Shown here: positions 34,531 through 42,434 of the stretch, piece after piece
Position numbering within the stretch: the stretch's first letter is position 1
Layout of the letters: each line of letters opens with the position of its first letter
IMG/VR virus record: IMGVR_UViG_3300009609_000013
Direction: 5' to 3' (one strand)
DNA from: a virus
Length of the DNA stretch: 45,557 nt
Position numbers and translations under genes: made by a program
Notes under the pieces: generated by a model
What the model was told of the DNA's origin: nothing
The model's input: only the letters and a program-made list of their open reading frames with translations
Databases searched by the model: none

Positions 34531-35094
34531 TTGCTTTGGATAGATTTTAACCACAGCAATATAATTCACTTGTTTGTCATTCTCTTTTTACTTAGTTCTT
34601 GCTCGCACCAAAAAGATAAGTTTACTCTAATTGAGGGTGAAATTATACTAACAATTCCTTACTCTACGGCATCAGTGTCTACAAGTGGAAATATAAAAGC
34701 TGGCACAATTACTCCAGAAGAGTTTCAGAAGCAATATGGTACTTTAATTGCCACGACTCCCGAAGCAGGGACGCTGTTCACACTATATTTTATTACTGGT
34801 ACTACAACGCTTACACCAGAGAGCTTACATGAGATACCTTTAATAAAAGCTGAAATTGAACGACGTAAATTTGTTGAGATTGAGATAACCGGACATGCAG
34901 ACCAGACTGGCGATTATGCTAATAATGATCAGCTTTCATTATCTCGTGCTGAACTGGCACGAAGTACTATTGAGAATGATGGAATATACGTAGATTTTGT
35001 ACGTGTTATAGGACGCGGCTCACGTGCACCGCTTATTGATTCTCCAGGAAAAGATGAGCCTAAAAACAGACGCGTTGAAATTCTAGTACGTTAG
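34531..35094 (+). CDS. OmpA/Pal-like peptidoglycan-binding lipoprotein
   Basis: Lipobox LFLLSSC followed by an OmpA_C pattern: EIEITGHADQTGDYANNDQLSLSRAELARSTI...GRGSRAPL...NRRVEILV. The start is uncertain (TTG 34531, GTG 34507 or TTG 34570). The listed ATG 34426 overlaps the upstream gene by 104 nt. Confidence 0.75.
   Translation: MLWIDFNHSNIIHLFVILFLLSSCSHQKDKFTLIEGEIILTIPYSTASVSTSGNIKAGTITPEEFQKQYGTLIATTPEAGTLFTLYFITGTTTLTPESLHEIPLIKAEIERRKFVEIEITGHADQTGDYANNDQLSLSRAELARSTIENDGIYVDFVRVIGRGSRAPLIDSPGKDEPKNRRVEILVR
34534..34556. promoter_or_regulatory. palindromic motif copy M10 (ctttGGATAGATTTTAACCacag)
   Basis: Degenerate left half. Lies between the 1717-aa gene and the lipoprotein signal peptide. 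Confidence 0.65.
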
Positions 35095-35112
35095 AGTTCC
35101 GCAACTCGTAAC

Positions 35113-36315
35113 TTAGTTTACTTCTGCTTCTTGTCCGCCTTGTTGTTTCTTACTAAAATCCGGATTAACATGCACCTTTTTTGTTATAGGTGCATACACC
35201 AGAACTCCCATAAGCTCTAATGTCTCTACCATTTTCATCAAGTGAAATTGTGTAGTGTCATGTGAGAACCTATTCATCAAGTATCGCAAAGTTACTTCTT
35301 TGTGCTTTAATATTTCCTCCATTACTGCAGGTAATATCTCTGCGTAATCACTTCTACCTACTCCACTTAGCGCACGCATCATAGGAATTTCTGCTTCATC
35401 TAACACTTCTACTGCACGAACAAAGTCCTCAGCTCGAAGCTTCATTTCATCAGATCTAGATGCACTCATTATCATACTCAATTTAGTTGCCGTACTTGCC
35501 TTCCTGCTGTAATACGCTGCAAATCTCGCGTCTTGTATTACTTGAGTATCTTGTGACTGACTCACGTACCATTCTGTACGTACTTCTATGTACTCATTAG
35601 TAGCCCTAAATGGCCCTGCAAGTAACGAAATCTCCTCTAAATCAGCTATTAGTTTCTGCTTAATCTCTTGATTCTCAATTGGAATCGGAACAGTTTTACC
35701 TCGCTTTTCAGCATATATAAACAGCACACGACTAGCAAATCCGCCACCTATAGCTTCAGCTGGTAATGCTGCTTGAATCTGTTCCGGTGTAGTTGCAGCT
35801 AGCATATTAAGCCATGCACCTGTTACTTCAAAACTACCGCCTCCTTTGGTCCTATACGACCAGTTATCTGCACAGTCATAAAGATCAGTTAAATCTGCCA
35901 GGAATTGACTATTCTTATAGCCAATGAAGACTGTTAATTCCTTACTAAACACCGTTAAGCTACAGTGGTTCATGAACTTACCGGCATCAAACTGCGTTGT
36001 TGTAGCACACAAACTCAGCTCTTTAATAAAGTACTCTGGTGTGAGCCTATCTGCAGACAGTTTCAAATTAAGCGGTCTTAATATGCTATAACCTGAAGCC
36101 ATTGCTGTACCTTTACGTGGTTCTCCTGGTGGTCCAGTAAGCACAATGTATAAGTTAGGATACCACGTTTGCGATCCCCAGTGCAAATAACACTTACGTT
36201 GTAATGCTGCTGCAATTATGCTTATGCCTACCCACTTACGATAAAGCTCGCATGGTTCAGTCTCTTCTGTAAATAGCATATACGCATCTAGGAAATCTCC
36301 TAATTGTCTGCTCAT
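35113..36315 (-). CDS. replication-associated protein (DUF3987-like, degenerate P-loop)
   Basis: 400 aa, with LYIVLTGPPGEPRKGTAMASG. It is adjacent to the polymerase. The assignment is tentative. Confidence 0.5.
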   Translation of the reverse strand: MSRQLGDFLDAYMLFTEETEPCELYRKWVGISIIAAALQRKCYLHWGSQTWYPNLYIVLTGPPGEPRKGTAMASGYSILRPLNLKLSADRLTPEYFIKELSLCATTTQFDAGKFMNHCSLTVFSKELTVFIGYKNSQFLADLTDLYDCADNWSYRTKGGGSFEVTGAWLNMLAATTPEQIQAALPAEAIGGGFASRVLFIYAEKRGKTVPIPIENQEIKQKLIADLEEISLLAGPFRATNEYIEVRTEWYVSQSQDTQVIQDARFAAYYSRKASTATKLSMIMSASRSDEMKLRAEDFVRAVEVLDEAEIPMMRALSGVGRSDYAEILPAVMEEILKHKEVTLRYLMNRFSHDTTQFHLMKMVETLELMGVLVYAPITKKVHVNPDFSKKQQGGQEAEVN

Positions 36316-36581
36316 CGACGTCCTCTTTTCAATGAAGCTATGTGATTAGCCATCTCCTTAATCAGCTCACCTAATGCTTCTTTCTCAAACTTATTCAATA
36401 ATCGCATACTTAAATCCTTATTAAAAAGCAGTGGTGTACGGCACTTAACGCACATAGTTATGTCATCTTCTTGTGGCATTGCTGGTGCAACTGTTCCTGC
36501 TTCAACTACTGCATTGAGTATATGACCGCAGGTTGGACACTTCTGTTCTGGTACGCGTTTGAGCCAGTTCGGATTTTCCAT
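36312..36581 (-). CDS. zinc-ribbon protein
   Basis: CPTCGH...CVKC. 89 aa, with an ATGA overlap with the downstream gene. Confidence 0.6.
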   Translation of the reverse strand: MENPNWLKRVPEQKCPTCGHILNAVVEAGTVAPAMPQEDDITMCVKCRTPLLFNKDLSMRLLNKFEKEALGELIKEMANHIASLKRGRR

Positions 36582-36583
36582 AG

Positions 36584-39500
36584 TTATATTCCTAAAGTTA
36601 AAATTGCATCTTGTAGATATGCTTCCAATACATACGGATCATTACTAAATTTGTCTCCTTTCAATTCAATACCTAAATGCTTGTTTAGGCATAAGTTAAC
36701 TACTAAATCAACTGGCACCACAAATTCCACGTTACGATACCGTAACGGAGCTTCCAGAGAAGCTTTAATACTTAATAGAATTCGTGCGTGATCTGCAAGT
36801 GGTAAGCTCAACGGTATTTGAATACTAACCGAATCGTGTACTTGAGTAAGTAACTCAACGTGCTTGAATAGTGGATCTGAATTATAGTAGATGAAATTTA
36901 GTCCCTGTTCATTTACTAAATCTCCGCACGTACCTTGAGGGATACAACTATAAGCCTCATTGAGCAGCTTGTCATCATACTTTCCTAAAAACGTAATTTT
37001 CCTGCCATACAAGTTAGTGAGTGTGCGTGTAGACTTGATTGTATCTTCTACATATTTCCAGTATCCACCTTTAAGTCCTGGATAAGCTGCGTGATATCTA
37101 TCGTAAATAAATTTAGCTTGTCGTTCAGGTATTTCATACTTGAGGCTAAATGACTTGTATCCAAAACCGTAATTAAAACCGTGATTTGCTCTCTTCGACC
37201 AATCCCTCTGTGAATGAGTGCCATTACCCAAGCTAGATGATCCATGCTCATTACTAACTTCGTCATATGGCACTCCAAATATAAGTGCCCCAGTCATACG
37301 ATGTATATCTAAGTTGTTTTCGTACACTTCTTTCATTTGCGTGATATTACCAACGTACGCAACAATACGTGCTTCAATCTGCGACATATCAAGTGAATAA
37401 ATAACGTATCCTGCATCTGCTACGTAGTAGCTAAGCACATCATGAGGTATATTCTGCAAGTTAGTGTTTCCTGTGACGCATATTCTATCCTCGTATCGAG
37501 TAAGAAAAAATGAAGTCTCAGTTTCTATACAGTAAACAGGTCCATCGTAATTGATCAAACTAAAATAATCCTCCTGTTGTTTTGCTAATACTCTAGGCTT
37601 TATATTAACAGTGTATAATCCTTTAGCTGAGAATTCTCCGTACGATTCCAGAGCTCTATTTTCACCCCAATTTATTGTTGCTGATTTGCCGCACAAGTGC
37701 GCAAGTGTAGCTACCCATTCGGCATTCTGTTTTACTGCAGTAAAATACCAAAAGCTCGTTCCTCTTCTATGTGCATCCCAGTGTGAAATTTCGTCCAATA
37801 AAGAACTTAGACTTTGCTGGTCAAATCTAAGCAACCACGAATCAAAGAGTTTGCTTCTGCCACTCCTATTAAGTAATTCTATGAACTCCTTACACTCACT
37901 TACAGGCAAGTAAAATCTTCTGTACCCATTATATGCAGTACGATGTTCGTTGTATTGAATCCCGAATATTTCCATAAGTACTAAGAAACGTGCTATCTTT
38001 TCCTTTTTCTTAAATTGAAAGGTTATAGAATTTCCTTCTATACTGCCGTCAGCTTGTATTACTGCCAATAGACGTATTGCAGGCCAGCTTATTTTTCCAC
38101 TTTTATACTCCCCTCCTATAGGCAGCATCCACTCACCAGTAAATACGGCTTCGTATGCAGGCTTAACTATAAATTTATTACGGTGTGAGACTGTAGGTAT
38201 TCTATGATCTAGCGTATAACAGTTTCTGTGTAACGTTGAGTTAGCACGTATCATCTTACCGCTATTTTTTGTTACGTGTATTTTTGGTACACACCATGAT
38301 AGCGACCAATCAGTATCCCATTGAAGTACTTCTGTATCTTCTTTTAATTCATCTAGTCTAATCCATCCACTTTTTGTGAATACCTCAGCTCTAGGAAGTA
38401 AACAACCAGTTCCGAATATATTTGCACTGCTTGATATTCTACTAAATCGTGTACCTACTGGATTATATGAGCATCTCATACGACCGTCATCATCTACGTT
38501 CTCGACGTTGAGAAATGTTGATGCCTTCTTTTGCAGCCGGCGAACCTCAAGTATTAAACTTGCTTCTTTAAATCCCTTGTTAGCTATACGTGTTAATGCT
38601 TCCTCATCTACAGTAGGCTTGCCAATCTTACTCAAGTATGGAGCTAACCCACGATTCGTATAAAAATACTCGCATACTTGCTGCGGTGAAGCCAAGTTAA
38701 ACGCATTAGTGTTCATTATACTATATGCCTGTTGCGTTAATTCATCAGCTTCCAATCGAGCATTTCTTGCAGCCCTATCCATACCCTCACGATCTATTCT
38801 GATTCCACGCTCCATCATATAGCTTAATGGTCCAACTAATTTTATTTGACGCTCGTATGCATCGTAATTACCACGCTCTTCCAATTCAGCTAGCTGCTTA
38901 GGAAATGCATCCGCACATGCGATACTATCAAGACAGTTGTAGGCCCAGCCCTTGCTATATTCACCTACACCAGTTAGCCACAACTTGCCGTCACGTTTAT
39001 AGTAAGGAATGTCCGTCCACATTGCAGTGATAAATTCCAGTGTTTTGCCTCGGTACGTTTTGCCACCAAAATCTGGATAGAGAATATGCTGAGCTATCAT
39101 CGTATCAGCTTTGATATTACGCGTACGAATTCCATACTTGCGTAGCAGAAAGTGTGAATCGAATACTATATTCTGCCCGCCTTTTATATAACTATCATTG
39201 CCAAGAAGATTTTCGATGCTTAACATCAGCTCATATTCTTGTTCAGCGCTAAAATAATCACCATTTGCATCCACGAATGGAATGCACAGCACATCAATTT
39301 CGTTAGTTGCAAAGCTAATACAGCTTAGCTCTTGTGTCTTAGGTGTTAATTCAATGTCGTAATATATTATACCTCCATTCTCAGCTACTTGTTTGCACTC
39401 TTCTAACCAGCTTATACATTCGTAGTAGCTAGGTTGAGTACGCAATTTGCGATCAGTTAATCTAATATCAGGAAATTCAGATTCTGTACGAATCTTCTTA

Positions 39501-40018
39501 AAGTCTAGTGTAATGAGATACTTCGCAAGATACGCTGCTGGATTCGCGAGCACTTTTTCATCAGTGTATATAGCAGGATGTAGCGTAGGGATGACTTTCC
39601 TTCCCGGCAGGAGAGTTGATTCAAGTATACTACCACGCCATGCAGTAATTCCAACTCGACCCGTAAGAGCAAATAATGAAGTGTTTCCCATAGCAACAAT
39701 AACATTAGCTTTAGTTTTGTTGAGTTCGTCGCGCAGCACCTCTAAATACCGCTGACCAAGTACGCTTATATTCGCACGTCCATTCACACCGGACTTAATA
39801 TCTAAGTAATGTTTGAGTTCGAATTCAACGTCCTTAATTACATTAGTTAGATAACAGCTGCCTCGTGAAATCCTAGCATTCATGAGACACTCATTGAGGT
39901 TTCTACCAGCTGGTCCCATGAAGGGTTTACCATAGCGTACTTCATACTTTGCCGGCTGCTCGCCAACAAGTGCTATTTTGCTACTCAACAGTCCGTCTGG
40001 TCCGACTAGCTGCGGCAT
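36584..40018 (-). CDS. polA: family-A DNA polymerase with N-terminal UDG-superfamily domain, interrupted by an intein
   Basis: UDG-like motifs: LVGEQPAKYE, GKPFMGPAG, TLHPAIY. Exonuclease motif: IYYDIELT. Polymerase motifs: SLDMSQIEARI, TNLQNIP, LTQVHDSV. 1144 aa, of which 313 aa are intein. Confidence 0.9.
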   Translation of the reverse strand: MPQLVGPDGLLSSKIALVGEQPAKYEVRYGKPFMGPAGRNLNECLMNARISRGSCYLTNVIKDVEFELKHYLDIKSGVNGRANISVLGQRYLEVLRDELNKTKANVIVAMGNTSLFALTGRVGITAWRGSILESTLLPGRKVIPTLHPAIYTDEKVLANPAAYLAKYLITLDFKKIRTESEFPDIRLTDRKLRTQPSYYECISWLEECKQVAENGGIIYYDIELTPKTQELSCISFATNEIDVLCIPFVDANGDYFSAEQEYELMLSIENLLGNDSYIKGGQNIVFDSHFLLRKYGIRTRNIKADTMIAQHILYPDFGGKTYRGKTLEFITAMWTDIPYYKRDGKLWLTGVGEYSKGWAYNCLDSIACADAFPKQLAELEERGNYDAYERQIKLVGPLSYMMERGIRIDREGMDRAARNARLEADELTQQAYSIMNTNAFNLASPQQVCEYFYTNRGLAPYLSKIGKPTVDEEALTRIANKGFKEASLILEVRRLQKKASTFLNVENVDDDGRMRCSYNPVGTRFSRISSSANIFGTGCLLPRAEVFTKSGWIRLDELKEDTEVLQWDTDWSLSWCVPKIHVTKNSGKMIRANSTLHRNCYTLDHRIPTVSHRNKFIVKPAYEAVFTGEWMLPIGGEYKSGKISWPAIRLLAVIQADGSIEGNSITFQFKKKEKIARFLVLMEIFGIQYNEHRTAYNGYRRFYLPVSECKEFIELLNRSGRSKLFDSWLLRFDQQSLSSLLDEISHWDAHRRGTSFWYFTAVKQNAEWVATLAHLCGKSATINWGENRALESYGEFSAKGLYTVNIKPRVLAKQQEDYFSLINYDGPVYCIETETSFFLTRYEDRICVTGNTNLQNIPHDVLSYYVADAGYVIYSLDMSQIEARIVAYVGNITQMKEVYENNLDIHRMTGALIFGVPYDEVSNEHGSSSLGNGTHSQRDWSKRANHGFNYGFGYKSFSLKYEIPERQAKFIYDRYHAAYPGLKGGYWKYVEDTIKSTRTLTNLYGRKITFLGKYDDKLLNEAYSCIPQGTCGDLVNEQGLNFIYYNSDPLFKHVELLTQVHDSVSIQIPLSLPLADHARILLSIKASLEAPLRYRNVEFVVPVDLVVNLCLNKHLGIELKGDKFSNDPYVLEAYLQDAILTLGI
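37466..38404 (-). mobile_element. intein (313 aa) with LAGLIDADG homing-endonuclease domain in the polymerase gene
   Basis: Starts at Cys in FGTG/CLLPRAEV. Block B is TLDH. The endonuclease motifs are LLAVIQADGSI and LLDEISHWDAH. It ends ...VYCIETETSFFL...ICVTGN/TNLQNIP, which places it immediately N-terminal of the conserved (P)NLQNIP motif. The penultimate residue is Gly rather than the usual His. Confidence 0.8.
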
Positions 40019-40020
40019 AA

Positions 40021-40257
40021 TTACCTCTTTCTATTCGCACGATAATCAGTTATTTTAGACTGCGATCCAATAAATTCCTGCAATTCAAGTGCTAATTTCT
40101 CCTCAGTTTCTCCGTAGCAAATAACTATACTTATATTTGGGCCCGTTAATCCAAACTCGTTCAGTTTCACAGCTATAGGTTCACCAGATTTTAAACGCCT
40201 TACATTTTCTTCAGTTATTCCAAAGATAAAATGATTGCCTGCTTGTGCTCGTATCAT
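40021..40257 (-). CDS. hypothetical protein
   Basis: 78-aa ORF overlapping the methyltransferase stop by 4 nt. Confidence 0.6.
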   Translation of the reverse strand: MIRAQAGNHFIFGITEENVRRLKSGEPIAVKLNEFGLTGPNISIVICYGETEEKLALELQEFIGSQSKITDYRANRKR

Positions 40258-41603
40258 TTTGCTCTTACCTCATGAATAAGCCTATTAATGTACGCATTAT
40301 GGAAGTTTGGACTCAAGTCAAAGCCAACACTTTTGTGACCAAGCTCAAATGCAGTTCGTATTGTTACTCCACTTCCTGCGAATGGTACAAGTATATTCGA
40401 TCCGGGCCAAACAAAAGTGTCGAGTATTTCTTTCATCAAAGCCGATGGCCTCTCAGTTGGATGTATACGCTGCGAAGGTGGTACTCCCGCAAAGTCGAAC
40501 ACATTACTCCTACCTTGTTTACGTATTTGTGCACCTCCTTTTCTGCCGTACACGAACATTTCGTAGGAGTTACCTAAGTTAGTTGACATTCCCTGCGCTT
40601 GCCCTTGTGAATTACCCTTCTTCCATATAGCTGGAATTTTGCACGTCTCAAACTTCGCACGTTGCATAGTACTTATAACACGTGCAATATGTTCTGGCCC
40701 ACACCAGATGATGATATAGCTGTTGTCAGCAGCAAGTCGATAACACTCATCAGTTAGGCGGTTTAGGAATGCTAGATAATCTACGTTACTAATCTCCTTA
40801 TAATCGTGCTGCAAACTTGGATTAGTATCACCATCAGCACGTTGCTCTTGCAAGTCAATTCCATACGGTGGATCACACTCTATAAATCCAAACTGTGCAG
40901 GCTCAAGTGAATTATCGAAGAAGTCACCTACTATGTATGCACTAAGCGGATCATCAGGACTTGTCATACGACCAGATAGCACGGCGTCTCTGCGAGCTTC
41001 AGCAACAGCAACTTTATTCGTTATCACACTCGCTGCACGCGCAAGCTTCTTTAGTGCCGCTGACTTATTCTTCTCTTTATCAAGTTCAAGTTCAGGCAAG
41101 ACACGCATGGCATCAGCGAGTTTCATATCTTGCAGAATAGTAGCATGGCTTACTCCTAATGTACGAGCAGTATCTCTAACTGAATGCCCAGGAGCATCTG
41201 CACTACGTGCTACTTTCTCACCGTGAATTTGAACAAGTGTTAAATGTAGACGCTCTTTCATTTTCACTTCTTCGCTGTAGTTTAAACTGAGTCGGTCTAG
41301 ATTCTCGAATAGTTCTACAGCTGCAAGTTCTAGATCAGTCATAGGCTTGTCATAAATACGGCAACTAATTTCGTCCATTTTTAGTGCTGTGCAAGCCATG
41401 AAACGTCTACCACCGGCCACAAGTTTATATGGCTGCTCACCAGTCGGAGAGTACACAGCAATCGGATGTATTAATCCGTACTTTTCAATTGAGGTCATTA
41501 AGTCCTGTATAATGCCATAGTCTTGACGACCGCGGTGATCTGAGTCTAGATCAATTTGCTCCATTGGAATAACGCGCAGAATGCCGAGATTAATTGTAGG
41601 CAT
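40254..41603 (-). CDS. ParB-like N-terminal domain fused to an N6/N4 DNA methyltransferase
   Basis: N-terminus: GLIHPIAVYSP...YKLVAGGRRFMAC plus an HTH. C-terminus: FIECDPPYG (motif IV) then NILVPFAGSGVT (motif I), which is the beta-class motif order. Confidence 0.85.
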   Translation of the reverse strand: MPTINLGILRVIPMEQIDLDSDHRGRQDYGIIQDLMTSIEKYGLIHPIAVYSPTGEQPYKLVAGGRRFMACTALKMDEISCRIYDKPMTDLELAAVELFENLDRLSLNYSEEVKMKERLHLTLVQIHGEKVARSADAPGHSVRDTARTLGVSHATILQDMKLADAMRVLPELELDKEKNKSAALKKLARAASVITNKVAVAEARRDAVLSGRMTSPDDPLSAYIVGDFFDNSLEPAQFGFIECDPPYGIDLQEQRADGDTNPSLQHDYKEISNVDYLAFLNRLTDECYRLAADNSYIIIWCGPEHIARVISTMQRAKFETCKIPAIWKKGNSQGQAQGMSTNLGNSYEMFVYGRKGGAQIRKQGRSNVFDFAGVPPSQRIHPTERPSALMKEILDTFVWPGSNILVPFAGSGVTIRTAFELGHKSVGFDLSPNFHNAYINRLIHEVRAK

Positions 41604-41833
41604 TACAGTAGATTCTCCTGGCGCTTAGCCATTAATGTGTAATAGAGATCAGCTAATTGCTTTTCACTAAGATTAGCTATTGCGGATTCGGCAGTAATCT
41701 CTTTACGTTTCTCACGGGTAGGCTTAGGTTCTACTAATCTACGACGTAGGCGCATTTCGAGGACCAGTTTCATTCCTTCTTCAGGAGGTAAGTTAGATAA
41801 GCTGATTATTTTTAAGTCATCTAATGAAGCCAT
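41603..41833 (-). CDS. hypothetical protein
   Basis: 76-aa ORF with GAGGATAA upstream and a TAATG overlap with the downstream gene. Confidence 0.6.
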   Translation of the reverse strand: MASLDDLKIISLSNLPPEEGMKLVLEMRLRRRLVEPKPTREKRKEITAESAIANLSEKQLADLYYTLMAKRQENLL

Positions 41834-41857
41834 TTATCCTCGCAATCCTATTTCCTT

Positions 41858-41994
41858 GCAGAGCCTAGGGATTATGATGCTGCACTGCGCTGCTTGTCAA
41901 GACTCACTACGTTCGACCCCTACGGGGCAACTTGACAACCTGCTCGTTTGCTGGAAGCAAGAGTAGGCTCTGCCGGAAAAAGTCTTGTCGGCTC
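41858..41994 (-). repeat. structured intergenic element, copy E
   Basis: Closing helix gcagagcct (41965-41973 on the minus strand) pairs with aggctctgc (41858-41866). Hairpin is 41893-41938. The 5' arm gagccgacaagactttttccgg lies at 41973-41994. Confidence 0.7.
41871..41900 (-). promoter_or_regulatory. sigma70-like promoter embedded in element E (TTGACA-N18-CATAAT)
   Basis: Minus strand reads tcTTGACAagcagcgcagtgcagcatCATAATccctagg, ~35 nt upstream of ATG 41833. Confidence 0.5.
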
Positions 41995-42082
41995 GGGAAG
42001 TGGGAGTCTGTACTTGGACCGTATCACCTTCCCTCGCAAGCTCGGGCCATTACGCTTTGGGATTATAGCACGCATGAATCTC

Positions 42083-42105
42083 CTTTGGTTAAAATCTAAC
42101 CAGAG
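42083..42105. promoter_or_regulatory. palindromic motif copy M11 (ctttGGTTAAAATCTAACCagag)
   Basis: Intergenic, 92 nt 5' of element E in the minus sense. Confidence 0.75.
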
Positions 42106-42110
42106 CACTT

Positions 42111-42338
42111 TCATTCCACTCTCCTCATGTAGTCTTGAACTGTACGCTTGTAACTCACCTCGCGGCTAAGCATTGCGAGCACAAAGTATTGGCCAAACTC
42201 ATCGAGCATAACTATTGCATCATCCACTATTACACTGAAGACTTGCTTAAGCTGGCCATGCTCCAGGTGCTGCTTGAGCTTGTTATATTGCTGATCAGTT
42301 ACCTCAAATGTTATCCTGTGTGTATAAGGCTTATTCAT
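42111..42338 (-). CDS. hypothetical protein (possible ribbon-helix-helix N-terminus)
   Basis: 75 aa, with RITFEVTDQQYNKLKQ. AGGAG upstream. Confidence 0.55.
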   Translation of the reverse strand: MNKPYTHRITFEVTDQQYNKLKQHLEHGQLKQVFSVIVDDAIVMLDEFGQYFVLAMLSREVSYKRTVQDYMRRVE

Positions 42339-42353
42339 AGCATGCTCTCACTC

Positions 42354-42376
42354 CTGTGGTTAAAGTTTAACCGCAG
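42354..42376. promoter_or_regulatory. palindromic motif copy M12 (ctgtGGTTAAAGTTTAACCgcag)
   Basis: Same 15-bp core as M1 and M3. Intergenic. Confidence 0.8.
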
Positions 42377-42434
42377 CAGGTTGTGGCACTGATGCAGCTC
42401 GCACCGTGCTGCCCTTATAAGACCGATGCTGTTG

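Noticed and set aside
1324-42376. Possibility that the 12 palindromes are CRISPR repeats, solitary repeat units or sigma54 promoters.
   Set aside because: The copies are dispersed singly and kilobases apart. There are no spacer-like regular intervals and no cas genes. The GG/GC spacing does not fit the -24/-12 consensus.
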